Origin: Negaprion brevirostris
Lineage: Eukaryota
DNA length: 64,000 bases
NCBI GenBank assembly: GCA_030324005.1
Contig: JARDVH010000084.1
Coordinates: 53,718,663-53,782,662, forward strand
Direction of reading: 5' to 3'
The notes under the pieces were generated by a model. That model was not told where the DNA came from, made no database searches, and saw nothing but the letters and a program-made list of their open reading frames with translations. Made by a program: the position numbers and the translations under genes. Shown here piece by piece: positions 23,251 to 37,210 of the stretch (the first letter of the stretch is position 1; every line of letters begins with the position of its first letter).

Positions 23251-24278
23251 CAGGAACCAGGGGTATTAAAACATCAGTCTAAACCACAATACCATTTAGT
23301 CACCCCAGGATGCTGGATCTCATTCAGATCTCTTTTTTAAATTCTATTTGGAGAAAATGTTTTATATTCATGTTTTTATACTGTTAATCATTTAATGCAG
23401 ATTCTAAGGTGCTGGCATCTGTGACACATTTTATTACATTAAAAGTGCTATATGAATGCAGGTTGTTATTTTCTGAGCCAGTTCCCTTATTCCTGTGATA
23501 GACCTGAACGCCAACTGAAAACATGGAGGTAAATAGAAAAGTCGCATTAAAATGTTGATTTACAGTCAGAACTGGGGAAGTTAGAAATGAAATAGGTTTT
23601 GAGAAAGTTTTTGAGCAAAAACTTTTATTGGCATGAAGAGAGAGCCAACTTTAACAGCAGACACAGCTTACAGATACTGCTTTCCCAGAATCTGCTGAAC
23701 GGCAGAACTGAATTCAGCAAGCAAATTAAACAGAGACTGTGCCATAAAGGCCAAAAAAGCTTGGAGAGCCTTTTGTGAACAGTTATGCCTCTTCAAAATG
23801 TGACTTTGTTTGATAATGCTCAGCTTTCTTGAAATCTTTACTGTATCACTGTCTATAATTAAGGGTTAATTTGATTTGGTTTAATTTGATTTTGTCAAAT
23901 AGCTGATGTTGTGGCCAGCAGTGATACAGGTTAGTGTACAATACAGATGTTTGTTTTATTGTAAGGAAGAACTTGATAATTCTAATGACAAAAATCCCAT
24001 GGGAGTTCTCAAGGTTTTCCTCAGGAACAAAAGACAAATGGTAATAACGAGCATGTTGGCTGTGCTAAATAATTATATATCCACAGTGGGCTAATTTGGG
24101 AAATTTCAGAAGTAGAAATTAGATCTACACTGCAGTATCTTTAGGAATTAACATGCTATTAAAGATATTACTGAAGATAAGTCATATAAGTTCCAACTGT
24201 TTTCTGTTGCCATTTTGCACAATTTTAGGTACCAGCCATTGGTTTTCTAAAACAGATACTTAAGAAGCCTTTCTTTGA

Positions 24279-25335
24279 TTGATGAGAGGGAAATGTGGGC
24301 ACGTGAACAGACAATGCTTTATACCAGGACCCTATTTGACCTCTGGAAAGTAGTAGTTAATTCAAAAACTAATGTACCAGATTTAATTAAATTATTACCA
24401 GCCTAGCTAGAAGAATTTAGAATCTAAGCTTGTGCAGCATCTTAAATTTAATAGATAGGGATTTTTTTTGTTAATCACGGCAACTAGACTAAAAATAAAT
24501 AAATTTTGCTTTTAAATGATGGTAAGAATATTTGGTAATCATCAGAAACTGTAATCTTTTCCTCTTCTGCAGTATATTCTTGAGTGGGTTGATGCTACAC
24601 TGTGGGATGACAGCGCAAGCATTTCATAGAAATTTGGCTATCTGAAGGAAGCATGCAAGATTTTATGATTGTGCCAAAGAGTTGAACAATGTTCTCTTGT
24701 TCTTGAACAAAGCCTCCACTGCCTCATCTGATCGTCTTTTTATAAAAACATAACAAGGAGGTTGATGGGAGGGAAATGTGGGCACATAAACAGCCAATGC
24801 TTTATACCAGGACCCTATTTTGGCCTCTGGAAAGTAGTAGTTAATTCACAACTAATGTTCCATGGGAACAGAGTGCACGCTGGAGGAATATAGAGAGAGT
24901 AGGAGGGAGCCTCACAAGAGGTTATTGCAGAAGGTAAGGGGGCATGGAGTTGGGGGTAGGGTGTTAGCGTGGATGGAGGATTGGCTGTCAAATAGGAGGC
25001 AGAGAGTGGGGGTCAATGGGTGCTATTCGGATTGGCGGTTGGTGACTAGTGGNNNNNNNNNNNNNNNNNNNNNNNNNNNNNNNNNNNNNNNNNNNNNNNN
25101 NNNNNNNNNNNNNNNNNNNNNNNNNNNNNNNNNNNNNNNNNNNNNNNNNNNNCAGGGTAGGTGGGAGGATGCGGCGGCGTGGGCTCGTTGGGCCGAAGGG
25201 CCTGTTTCCCATGCTGGGTTGTTCTTTGTTCTTATTACTAACCTAGCTAGAAGAATTTAGAATCTAATGTTGTGTAGCATTTTAAATTTAGTAGGCAGGG
25301 AATTTTTTGTCAATGCTGACAACTAGACTAAAATC
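24279..25335 (+). repeat. About 215-bp local direct duplication; second copy split by a CR1 insertion
   Basis: Copy 1 is 24279-24495; copy 2 is 24761-24862 plus 25232-25335. Confidence 0.85.
24862..25232 (+). mobile_element. CR1 insertion (gap inside)
   Basis: PHKRLLQKVRGHGVGGRVLAWMEDWLSNRRQRVGVNG, then a CR1 tail. Confidence 0.9.
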
Positions 25336-25734
25336 AAGCTTCAATCAAAACTTCTTTCATTAAATTTCAGAACTTCAGTTAAGGAAATACAAAAATGGAC
25401 AGTAAAAATCAGGTGGTCCAGCCTGCCTATCCACTTGTGTGGAAATTCCTCTACAACCTCTAACGGAAATCTAGCAAACTCCTGGAAATCATAGTGACTG
25501 TCTGATATAATCTCAATGACCCCCATCTGCCTCTATCAGCAGAGAGATTTTCTGCTCTCAGGAACTTTTTGGGCCCCCATTTAAATGTTTGAAGTGAACC
25601 TGTTCTTATCAACTCTGCCAGCAACTTATTCCAGAATTCAATGACTCTCAGCAAAAAGTACCACCAACCATGTGGTTTATTTCTATGCTTTTGTCACTTA
25701 TAGTCATGTTCTCTGAAGCCCTCAAGCTTTATTA

Positions 25735-26010
25735 TTTTTATTTATTTATTAGTGTCACAAGTTGCCTTACATTAACACTGCAATGAAGTTGCTGTGAAAA
25801 TCCTTTAGACCCCGCACTTCGGCACCTGTTCGGGAGAATTTAGTATGACTGATACATCCAACCAGCACGTCTTTAGGATTGTGCGAGGAAATCCATGCAG
25901 ACACAGGAAAGAATGTGTAGACTCTGCATAAACAGTGACCCAGGCCAGGAATCGAATCTGCGGCCTTAGCGTTGTGAGGCAGCAGTGCTAACCACTGTGC
26001 CGACCCGTGC
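25735..26010 (-). mobile_element. V-SINE variant with a tgtgacactaataaa-type tail
   Basis: Reverse complement of the tRNA head (gcacagtggttagcactgctgcctcac) and the same tail as 46815-47045. Confidence 0.8.
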
Positions 26011-26876
26011 TCATCTAGATCAATAGCTTATAATTTTCATTATTTTGAAGNNNNNNNNNNNNNNNNNNNNNNNNNNNNNNNNNNNNNNNNNNNNNNNNNN
26101 NNNNNNNNNNNNNNNNNNNNNNNNNNNNNNNNNNNNNNNNNNNNNNNNNNATAGCTTATAATTTTCATTATTTTGAAGACATCAGTTACATATCCTTAAA
26201 GTTTACATTTTATCCAAAGTAAACAAAAATTCAACATGTCTGTCATGGCAACCAAAGGCCTCTAAACTAATTATCAATCCAGTGGCCCTTACTCTATATA
26301 TCAGTGCTTTCATATACTATTACTATAAAGGGGATTACAAACAGACACAGTATTTAAGACGCGGCATGGATAAGTGCTTATTCGAAGAAAGGATAGTGTT
26401 TCTTGCATCATATTTAGTTGACTTGACAATATATCAAACTTGGTTTGTTTTCTCAATAGCTTAGTGGGATTGATAAAGAGCATGGTCAATGAATCACGAA
26501 CTATAAAATTCATGTCCTAATTCCAACTCCGGTAGTGGGTTTGCTGGTAAGGGAGCCAGTCATATTTCCCAAATGGGCGTCTCACTGCCTTCCCACCTGC
26601 CCATGACTTGTCTGTAATTTTATGGGAAACAAGTGAGGTCTGGGAAGGGGCTGGTTGTAGCAAGAGAGAGAGGGGGAGGGGAGAAGAGAGACAGGGAGAG
26701 AGAGAAGTCAGATTATCTTACTTGGGCCTCAGGCAAGAAAGGAGGATTTGTGGTATCTCCATTTGCCTCCCTTTCCAGATGGGAGAGCATCCCCCCCAAC
26801 CCCCAAGATGCTGCATTTCACCGCTCTCCCTTCACTCTGTAATCAAGGACCTCACACACCCCAGANNNNNNNNNNN

Positions 26877-27135
26877 TCCATCAAGAAAAAGAGACAAAAG
26901 TCTGAGATCATGTAGCAACCAACTCAGCTGCCATCAGACTTTTGAACGGACCTACCTCATATTAAGTTGATCTTTCTCTACACCCTAACCATAAGTGTAA
27001 CACTATATTCTGCACCCTCTTTTTCCTTTTCTTCTATGTACTCTATGAATGGTATGCTTTATCTGTATAGCGCGCAAGAAACGATAGTTTTCAATGTATC
27101 CCAATACACGTGACAATAATAAATCAAAATCAAAC
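26877..27135 (+). mobile_element. Rex1/Babar-type LINE 3' end
   Basis: Decayed PS.(R)R.(R)SL...AAIRLLNG terminus followed by ...tgtatcccaatacacgtgacaataataaatcaaaatcaaa. Confidence 0.6.
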
Positions 27136-27676
27136 TCCATCGCCAGGGCTTCTTCTACCAAGCCGGCCATGGCAGCCTATGTTTACCTGGTCGTGCGGGT
27201 TCCAGCACAGACTCGTGCGACTGTTTGGCTATCATTCCCATTGGCATTGCTCGACTATAGAGATGACTCTTTCAGGTGGGGCCTCCTCCTGACTGAAGGA
27301 CAGAGGTCCCACCTCCAGCCTATTAGTGCTCCTCAATAGGCTGCAGGGCAGCTAGCTGAATCGTTGGGTGGTGGGATGGGAAATCCCACCCACTGCAAAA
27401 TCCCAGCCTACATCAACATCTATAATCAAAACCTAATTATAGAATTGAGCCCAACGAATTATAAGTTGTGAGGTGAGACAAGTATCCACTGAAACCTCCG
27501 TCACATACTGAGACTCCACCTGAATTTAGAGTCGTGGAAGTTTAAAGCATGGTATCAGGACTTTCAGCCCAACATGNNNNNNNNNNNNNNNNNNNNNNNN
27601 NNNNNNNNNNNNNNNNNNNNNNNNNNNNNNNNNNNNNNNNNNNNNNNNNNNNNNNNNNNNNNNNNNNNNNNNNNNN

Positions 27677-28520
27677 ACAGATCAGCCATGATCTTATTGA
27701 ATGGCAGGGCAGGCTCGAAGGGCTAGATGGCCTACTCCTGCTCCTCTTTCTTATGTTCTTATGTTCTTAATGAATCATCTGGACTGGATGAGTTTCATCC
27801 CAATGTGTTGAAGGAGGTGACTCGCGAGATAATAGATTTCTAAAGATTCTGGAAAGGTTCCTGTAGATTAGTAAGTAGAAAATGTAACCCCACTGTTTAA
27901 TAAGGGAGAAAGAGAGAGAATAGAAGACTACAGATCTATTGGTTTAATGAGAGTAATTGGGTAAATATTAGAATCTATTATTGGGAATGTGATAACTAGA
28001 CTTTTAGAAAAGAATGGTAAAATTGGGCAGAATCAACATGGATTTATCAAAGGGAAATCATGTTTGACAAACTTAGAGTCATAGAGGTTTACAGCATGGA
28101 AACAGGCCCTTTGGCCCAACTTGTTCATGTCACCCAGTTTTTACCATTAAGCTAGTCCTAATTGCCCGCATTTGGCCCATATCGCTCTATACCCATCTTA
28201 CCCACATAACTGTCTAAATGCTTTTTAAAAGACAAAATTGTACCTGCCTCTACTACTACATCTGGCAGCTCATTCCAGACACTTGCTACCCTGTGTATAA
28301 GAAAATTGCTCCTCTGGATCCTTTTGTATCGCTCCCCTCTCATCTTAAAACTATGCCCTCTAGTTTTAGGCTCCCCTACCTTTGGGCAATTTGCCCTGTG
28401 GAATTCTTCAATGCTGTCGTAGAATCATAAAACCCTTACAGTACAGAAGGGCCATTTGGCCCATCAAGTCTGTACCAATCACAATCTCACCCAGGCCTGA
28501 TTCCCATCCTTATTTACCTT
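27677..28520. mobile_element. Cluster of CR1 fragments on both strands plus a SINE remnant
   Basis: Plus-strand tail and RT piece (NQHGFIKGKSCLTNL) interrupted at 28075-28385 by a minus-strand CR1 3' end (VWNELPDVVVEAGTILSFKKHLDSY). Confidence 0.8.
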
Positions 28521-29059
28521 TTGATTTCTAATATAACTTGAAGTACCATGCTCTTACGACCACTATCCTCCTTTAGTATTCTTTTAATGGTTTGAAGACT
28601 GCTTTCTTTGCTCTAGGTTGAGTTTGATAACTATCATTGTTCACTTGAGAGTTATTCTATTCAAATTTGTAAAAAAAAAGTTAATAATGAGAGAAGGTGG
28701 AGAAACAAAAGATGTGTCCATAGGATGTGTATGAATGGTCATAGCAACCGTAACGTACAAGGCTATGGACAAGTGCTGAATAACGGGATTAGATTAGATA
28801 GGTGCTGGCTGGTCAATGTAGATATTTCAGGTCGAAGTGCCTCTTTTTGTGCTGTAGAACTCTACGAATATGTAATAACTTGCAATGTGGGAAGCTAAGG
28901 ACAGAAGGATATCAGGTGCTGGTTAAAAAGTGGACTAGAATGTCATGGGGGAAAACACTCCCTTTTGGATATTAAAGAACAAAGAAACATGCACATGCTT
29001 TCAGCAAGGATTGAAAGATAATGATCCATAACAAGAAACCTATCTCTCATTAAAAAAAC

Positions 29060-29210
29060 TCACATTTATGTAACATTTTTCAGGACTGTCAGACATCTCA
29101 AAGCGCTTTGAAGCCAAAAAAGTACTTCTGAAATTAGTCATTGATGTAATGGAGTGATCAATTTTCCTGCAGCAAGTTCCCAAAACAGCAGTGTGACAAT
29201 GATTAGATCA
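29060..29210 (-). mobile_element. Deu-SINE remnant
   Basis: Reverse complement of the 18110-18220 motif (ctcaaagcgctttgaagcc...aagtacttctgaaattagtcattgatgtaat). Confidence 0.55.
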
Positions 29211-31149
29211 TAAATCAACATTCTTTATTCCTGTAGTATAAATTGATGTAATAGTTTGAAATTTTCATCATGCATTTGTCCTAATGAGTTCAAGACAAAA
29301 ACATCAACAATATATCTCTTTTCAGCAATATTCAAGTCCTGTACTGCAGAGCAACTGTTTGACAATGTTTTAATCAAAATGCAATAAAATAAAATGCCAT
29401 TTCTGTTATTAAATTATACAATTACAAGAAAATAAAATGTTTTTGACTTTTTGCTATAGGTGATAAGGTGCTCAAAGTTACAAAAGGCTGTTACAATAAA
29501 AAAAATCAAATAACGCTATTAAGAATTAGAAAAGCCACAGAGTCAGATATTTCACTGGAAGGCAGGCTTCTGGACACAAAACCTAGAAGTATGGACTGCC
29601 CAGATATCCTGCTGAAATTAACAGGAGGATGGCTTTTGCAATTTTTCAGCCATTTCCCCAAACAACACTGGCTGAGAGAGCTTGAGACACAAGACTGCAG
29701 CCTGGGAGCAGATAGAAGGGAAGATGTGACATACTGATCACAGGTAGAGCCAAACTTAAAGACTGAGGGGGAAGAAGGGAAAAACATTGTGGTTAAGGCA
29801 ATGAGAAAAGCATGCAAAGGTGTATCAAAAGGAGATCATGGAAATTGAGTGGATTGATCAGCTAATCACAGGAAGGGAAGCAGGTAAGCCTGCTGGGCGT
29901 GAAGGAAACACTCTCTTAGTTCTAATTTTCAGATAAAATGAAACAGCTGCTCAGCTTCCACCCTGCCAATAACCTTCAGGATCCCGAAGGCTCTTACTTT
30001 TCTTAACTGTTAACCACATCTCCAAGTTTGGCTATCATCCGCAAAATTTAAATTTCACTCTATATTGCAAGGCCCAAGTAATTTATAGACTTCGATAAAA
30101 GCAGCTGTCTTAGCACTGAATCTTGTGGAACACCACAGCCTAGCCATTCTCCAGTCTGAAAAATAGCTATTTATTATTATGGTTTTCTGTCCTTAAGCCA
30201 ATATTTTATCCAAGCTGACACTGACCCTCCTATTCCATGAACCTAAACTTTGTTAATCAGCTTTAATGTGATACTTCATCTAACATTTTCTTAAAATCCA
30301 CATTTACAGCATCCCTCATGAAATGCGATTTGCACCATGTACAATCACACTTATTGTTTCCACCTATGTATTTAAAACTAGTGGCTTCTGTTTAAATTAA
30401 CCAACAAGTTTGAAGTTCATTCAGCTTGTTTGTATGAGAGTGGAGGTTACAGGTGGCTGAGCTAACTGGCCATGACATTGTGGCATAGGAAGACATTCAC
30501 GTGGAGGGAGCACATGAGAATGTAGTGGTAATAGGAAAGTATAGTGAGGGGGGAGTGACACTGTTCTCTGCTCTGAGTTAGACAGGAACTTGCAGTGAGA
30601 GGGAGAAGGGGTCCATGTAGGTACCAATGACATAGGTAGAATAAGGCAAGAAGTTCTACATTTAGAGTTTGAAGAGATAGGTGGAACAGAACCTTAAGGT
30701 TTTAATCTATGGATTATTAGCTGAGCCTGTGCAAACTGGCATAGGGTGTGTAAAATTAGCCAACCTTAATGACTCTTTATTTACACATGTGCATTATTCA
30801 ATACAAAATGAATGAATTAATGGCACAAATTCAAGTTAATGGGCATGATCTTATCGCCATTACAGATGCGATTTTTCATAAGAATAGGCAAGAAAGAAAG
30901 GATGGTGGGGTAGACTTGTTAATATGAGAATAAGAAATTATCTTGGATTGGAAGCTGTAGAAGAATTCATACAGGGGAGGTAAGAAATAACAAGGGGAAG
31001 TAGTCACTGATGAAAGTAGTCTATTAGGTCCCCTAACAGTAGCTTACAGATAATACATCAGGAGGTAATGAGGGCGTGTAAGAAAGCCAGTACATTAATC
31101 ATGGTGACTTTAATCTTCAAGTGGATTGAGAAAGTCAACTTTACAGAAG

Positions 31150-31328
31150 TAGTCCAAAGATGTGTGGGTTAGGTGGATTGGCTATGTTAAATTGCCTCTT
31201 AGTGTCAGTGGGATTAGCTTTGGTAAATGCATGGAGTTATGGGGATAGGACCTGGGTGGGATTATGGTCAGTGCAGACTCAATGGGCCAAATAGCCTTCT
31301 TCTGCACTGCAGGATTTATGACTCTATG
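31150..31328 (+). mobile_element. HE1 SINE 3' half
   Basis: agtccaaagatgtgtgggttaggtggattggc...ttctgcactgcagg. Confidence 0.85.
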
Positions 31329-31485
31329 AATCTTTAACCTGGTGTTGTGAGACTTTTTTCTATGAATCTAGTCATGAGGAAGAATTCATAGATTGTATGC
31401 AGGATGGTTTCCTAGAACAGAGGCTCCCAAACTAAGGTACGCACACCCAGGGGTTTGAGGGAAGACAAGTATATTTGTCAAATTT

Positions 31486-31490
<5 letters not shown>

Positions 31491-31534
<44 letters not shown>

Positions 31535-31620
31535 CGCTTGTGTGCGAGAGAATGAAAGGGACAAGTGTGTGGGAAAGGGACACGTGCATGTGTGTGAGAG
31601 AGAGACATGTGTGTGTATCC
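31491..31620 (+). repeat. (TG)n microsatellite with a degenerate TG/GA-rich extension
   Basis: About 18 TG units followed by cgcgcgtg and further tg/ga runs. Confidence 0.95.
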
Positions 31621-32487
31621 AATATGACTGTATCAGCTTTCCAGCATCAGTCCTAACATTAAAAATGACAAAAGACTTAATTTTCTTTTCAATAAGAAGA
31701 CATTTTAGATTACCCACTTCGAAAATGAGTACTATTTCCAATAGTTAATGTTAAGGGGCCACAGAAGGTGACTTCACCAGGAACTGTGAGGGATCCATGT
31801 GGCTGGCAGGTGTGATACTTCCTAATTCCTAATACATGCATAAATTATACTAGAAAAGTCTTATTTACACTTGATTTCTGTGTTGCACTCATTTCACAAT
31901 TAAAAAAAAAGCGGGGTTCTCTGTTCGAGGATATGGTTTCCAAATCTTTTCGAATCAATGTGTTGTGGATTAATAAACAATCTCAGAATAAAGGGTCCCA
32001 TCTGAAACAGTGACCATTATATGTTAGAATTTGTCATTCCGTTTGAATGTGAGAAATGTGACTGAATAACAACTGTGCTAAACTTAAATAAGGGCAATTA
32101 CAAAGGGCCAAGTTGGCTGCAGCGTACTGGGAAAGGAGTTTAGCAGAAAAGACAGTGAATCAGCAATGGCAAGCATTTATGAAAATTGTTCATGACTCAC
32201 AACAAAGATATATCCCAGTGAGGAAGAAGAATTTTGGGAAGGGGATACATCAACCATGCTTAACCAAGGAAGATAATATTAAACTTAAAGAGGAAACAAA
32301 ATGTAGCAAAGATGAGTGGTAAGTCAAAAGGAGGGGGGAATATTTTAAAAACCAATAAAAGATGACCAAAAATAATAAAGGGGGAGAAGATAAACTGAGG
32401 ATAAAGTTGAAAATAATATAAAATTGGACAGTAAGAGCTTCTTTAAGGACAGTAAAAGGAGAACATGGGTCCTTTAGAGAATGAATA

Positions 32488-32808
32488 ATAGAAGGGCAGT
32501 AGGAGGCCATTCTGCCCTATCAAGTCAGCACCAACTCCCTGACACAGTACCACACCCAGGCCCTCTCCCCCACATTAACCAGGGTCAATGCATCCAACCC
32601 ACTCATTTTGGGACACCAAAGAGCAATTGAGCACGGCCAATCCAACTAACCTGTACATTTTTAGACTGTGGGAGAAAATTGAAGCACCTGGAGGAAACCC
32701 ATGCAGATATGGGGAGAAAATACAAACTCCACAAAGTCACCAAGGCCAGAAATTGAACCTGGGTCCCTGCTGCTATGAGGCAGCAGTGCTAACCACTATA
32801 TCACTATG
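32488..32808 (-). mobile_element. HE1 V-SINE
   Basis: Reverse complement of the head, V-domain and tail (gcagcagtgctaaccact; ggaggaaacccatgcag). Confidence 0.85.
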
Positions 32809-34029
32809 CTTGTGAATTGTGCCCAAGACTGGAGAAATAATAATGGGGAATCAGGGAATTACGCAAGTACTTTGTATCAGTCTTCATGGTAGAAAATACT
32901 AATAGCATTCCAAAAATACTAAGTAATCAGAGGGAAAAGGAGGGGGTAGGGGAAGAATAAATAAATACAACAATCATCACTGAAGGAAATGTACGAGGGA
33001 AACTAATGGAACTAAAGGCCGATAAGTCCCCTAGACTGATATGTTTTCTTGACCTGATGGGTTGCATCCTAAGCTATTAAACAAAGTAGCCACAGATATG
33101 GTGGATGCACTGAAAGTAATTTTCCAATGATTCTTAAATTCAGGAAAAGTCCCAGAGGACTGGAAAATCGTTCTTACTCAAAAGGTGAGAGGGCAAAAAA
33201 AAAAAACAGGCCAATTAGCTTAACATCTGACATTGGGAAAATGTTTAGAGTCCATTGTAAAGGACGTTATATCAGAGCATTTAGAAATACATAATATAAT
33301 CAAGCAGAGTCAGCATGGTTTCATGAAAACAAAATCATGCCTGACAAACTTATTAGAATTCTTTGAGGTGGTAACAAGCAGCATAAATAAAAAGGGAACC
33401 AGTGGATGTATTTCCACAAGAGTTCGATAAGGTACTGCACAAAAAGCTAAGAGCCCATGGTGTTCATGTAGAGACATTCAATGTCAATTATGGCACGCCT
33501 ACCTCCGAGTCAAATGGTTGCAACACTAATTCATCTCAGGGATTGATTTTTGCTTAGTTTGAATCTTCAAATTCAGATATTTAGCTCACAGAATCTGTTC
33601 CAAAATTCTGAATCAGACATGAAGAAAATTAAAATAATCCATAGACTGGCCAGCACATCAAACAGCAAGGAGCACAGCATTATGCCAAACAGATCTCATT
33701 CTCCAACAATACAATTAAAAAATGTAGTGCCTAAACTGCCTCTGGTATGTTTGTAACTCTCTTCTCAACATTGAAGCAGTGGAATTGCCAGTGCATCAGG
33801 GACAGCTTGCTCCTAGTTTTGGCTGCTTGAAGAGTGAGCATTGTTGCTCAACTTCCTAATGTGGTTGGCTCCTTGGATTTGCTCCAGTGCAAGTCAACTA
33901 ATTCTTCTAGAAAGTTCTTTCAATGTTTCTGTTCATCTTTTCAAATCTGGCATGAAAAACTTTTTCTTACTTGGAAATAGTCTTGAATTAAGAGGGACAA
34001 ACCCTATTAATTTACATTAAAAACAAAAG

Positions 34030-36690
34030 GTCTGCATCATTTGCAGAACTTGAAGCTGTTAAGAAAAGGCATTACTTTTTGGGGGTGGGACCCACTGCCA
34101 GCAGGGGAGTCCGTGAAGTCTGTGGTGCTTCTTTGCAGGAAGGTCAGCCAAACCACATGCCAACCAGGCAGTGGCAAGGCAAATGGCAGGCCTACCCCTG
34201 GGAAAAAAATCTCCAGGAGCAGGGGATACCACCTACTGAGAGCGACTACTAAACAAAAGGCTAGTGACTGGCTAGTGACAATATGGCTGCACAGTTTTGC
34301 CTGTTCTGCATGCTGCATTAACATTTCAGACTCTCCCAAAACTATCCCTGAGTATGTCCTGTACCACCCGCAGAACAGACTCTCCAGAAGCAACAGCACA
34401 ATACAGTCAGGAGGGAGTGGCCCTGGAGTCCTCAGCATCGGCTCCTGCCACTATGTAGTTCCATAAAATCAAGTCAAACATGTGCAAAGAAGCCTCATGT
34501 TGATCACAACCTACTGTGTACTCTCAACTGATGAAGCAGAGCTTCTCCATGTTGTGTACCACTTGAAGTAGTATTGAAAATTAGCAAGGCACAGAATGTA
34601 CTGAGGTGGGGGACCTCAGTGCCCATCATCGTAGTTGCCAAACTAATTGAGACAGCCAACCTAAGCAATAAACCTACATGGCCTCATCTTCACCTAGTTA
34701 CCTGCGGCAAATTAACCTTTCCATAAAGTATGGGTAGGAGTGACAATGGCACAATCTTTGTATGGACAAAGTACCCTTTGTATATTCAGATTGTGAATGT
34801 TCAGGGAGCCTCCCCCTCCCATTAGTTAATAATCACCAACATTCACTAGATGTGACAAGATTGCAGAGATTTATGAATGTACATGCTACCACGCAAGTTG
34901 TGGTTGAGGACACCCTTCATCGCGCTGTGTGGCACTATTGCCAAGCTGAACAGATTGATTCTGAAAAGATCAAAACTGAGCATTCATAAGGTACTGTGGA
35001 CATCAACTACAGTGAATTGTAAAGCATTGTAATTTGAACTAAATGTTTAACAAATTTCTCATTCAACAATTACAATCAAAGCAGATGACTAATCTTGTTG
35101 CAAGGAGTTGGGAAGTCCAGGAGGAGCATCTGGAGTATCTAAATACAAGACACCAGTTTGGTGAAGCTTCAATTAAGGAGTACATGAATGCTAAATAATG
35201 GAAGCAGCATGTGATAGACAGAGCAATGTGATCCCATAACTAATGGATGAGACCAAAGCAATGCAATCAAAGCAATGTGAGTTATCTTGAACACTTAAAA
35301 CAACCAATGGGAGGGAGGAAGATGAGGCAGCTCCTTGAATATTCCCATCCTCAATGATGGTGGAACCCAGCATGTGAGTGCAAAAGACAAGGCTGAAGCA
35401 TTTAGCTAGAAGTGTTGTGTGGCTGATATATCTCAGCCTCCTTCCAAGATCACCACCATCATAGCTGCCAGACTTTAGCCAATATGATTCATTCCACATG
35501 ATCGAGAAATAGCTGAACACATTGGACTGACAACAGTCAAGATATAATGTCCAGTTCTAGTTCTACCGGTGCCAACTGATTCTGGGTCTCATTACAGCCT
35601 TTGTCCGTACATAAAATGAAATGTGCTCCAGAGGTGATGCGAGAATGACTACACGTAGCATTGAGGCAACATTTGACTGAGTGGGACATCCAGAACCAGA
35701 ATAAAATTGAAGTCAACAGAGGTCAGGAAGAAAACTTGCATAAAGGAAGGATTTGGTGGCCAGTCATCTTGACCCCAAACACACTTCTGCAGAAGTTCTC
35801 TCAGGGCAGCATCCTAGGCACAAACATCTTCAGTTTCTACCCATCCTCCATCATTAGGTCAAAAAATGGGATCTCTCATAATGATTGCAGAGCATCCAAT
35901 TCCATTTGCAGTTTGTTGAATAATAAAGCAGTCTGCTGAAATGAAGTATGATCTAGACAACACATCCACGCTTGGACTGATTAACGAGAAGCAACATCTG
36001 GGGCACTCAGATACTATCCCCAACAAGGGAGAATCTAACCATCTCACTTTAATACTCAATGGCATTACTCTCACTATTGAAAAGCCTACCAATAACATCC
36101 TACTGGTCACCACTGACCAGTCAAATAAATACTGCGGGTACAGGAGCAGGTCAGATCCTAGAGATTCTGTGGCAAGTGATTCATCCCCAGACTTCTCAAT
36201 GCTTTTCACCCACTGATAAAACATGTGACAGAATAATCTCCACTTACTTGAATGACTGCAGCTCCAACAATCATGAAGCTTGACATTGAACAAGATAAAG
36301 CAACCCACTTGCTATCCCAACCATCATTTTCGAGAATATTCACCTCTTTCTACTATCCGTGCACCATCCACAACATACACTGTAGCAAAATGTCAAAACT
36401 TCTTCAAAAGCTGCTCTCAAGCCCTTATCCTCTATCATCCAGAAAGACAAAAACAGGACATGGGACTGCCACCACCTCCAAGTTTCCCTTCAAGTTACAT
36501 ATTGTACAGCTTTGGAAATATATTGCAAATTATTGCTTGGTCAATATCCTGGACTTCCCTACTTAACAGTATTGTAAGAGTATCTTCACTACATGTACTG
36601 CAACTGCTTATCTTTCTTAATTGCAATTAGAGATGAGCAATAAATGACGACCTGGCCTGCAACACCTGCATCTTATGAATTAATAAAAAA
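34030..36690 (+). mobile_element. Heavily decayed non-LTR LINE of a second (non-HER1) family; clade not assigned
   Basis: Endonuclease-like 5' part, RT motif QGSILGTNIFSF and AAPTIMKLDIEQDKATHL; 3' tail gagcaataaatg...atgaattaataaaaaa is shared with 37035-37210. Confidence 0.7.
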
Positions 36691-37034
36691 GGTTGGGGTT
36701 TTCAAGAGACACCTTCACAACTGGCATCAATTTGAAGCAAATGTGGATAGGATGTTTGATTCCTTTGTGGAACTTGCTGTTTTAAAATCGTGTAATCATA
36801 ATATTTAAATCTCAGAGACATTTATTTTAAAACTTCAACTAGTCCCTTCAAAATATTGCAGTTAATAGAGAAAGATATAATTTTGCAGAAACTGCTTTAT
36901 TTAGACCTCAAGAATATTACCCAGAACTTGGAATAAGGCAGGCATCAAATGATGTGGAGAGAGTAGTTGGAGGTACTTTTGTGGCAATCCTCCTGCAAGT
37001 CACACATCATTATGACTTATTAATGTTCCTGCAG

Positions 37035-37210
37035 TGTTGCCTGGTCAAATTCTTAGAGCTTCCTACCCAATAGCACTGTGGGAGCTCTTCACCACATGAC
37101 TGCAGTGGTTTATGGCCACAGCTCACCACTATCTCTCAAGGGCATTTAGGAATAGGAAGTAAATCCTAGCGTTGTCATCAATGTACACGTTCTCATGAAT
37201 GAATAAACAA
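37035..37210 (+). mobile_element. 3' end of the same LINE family
   Basis: ggtcaaattcttagagcttcctacccaatagcactgtggg...gctcaccactatctctcaagggca...atgaatgaataaa. Confidence 0.7.

Larger units (their letters stand above)
30690..33465 (+). mobile_element. Fragmented CR1 ORF2 (endonuclease to RT) with inserted SINEs
   Basis: IMGDFN-like endonuclease piece, QQWQAFMKIVHDSQQRYIPVRKK and SQHGFMKTKSCLTNLLEFFEVVTS. Confidence 0.8.

Noticed and set aside
26022-26178. Identical 28-bp sequence on both sides of a 100-N gap (similar cases at 51534-51662 and 58692-58845)
   Set aside because: Most likely overlapping contig ends; a target-site duplication cannot be distinguished without reads.
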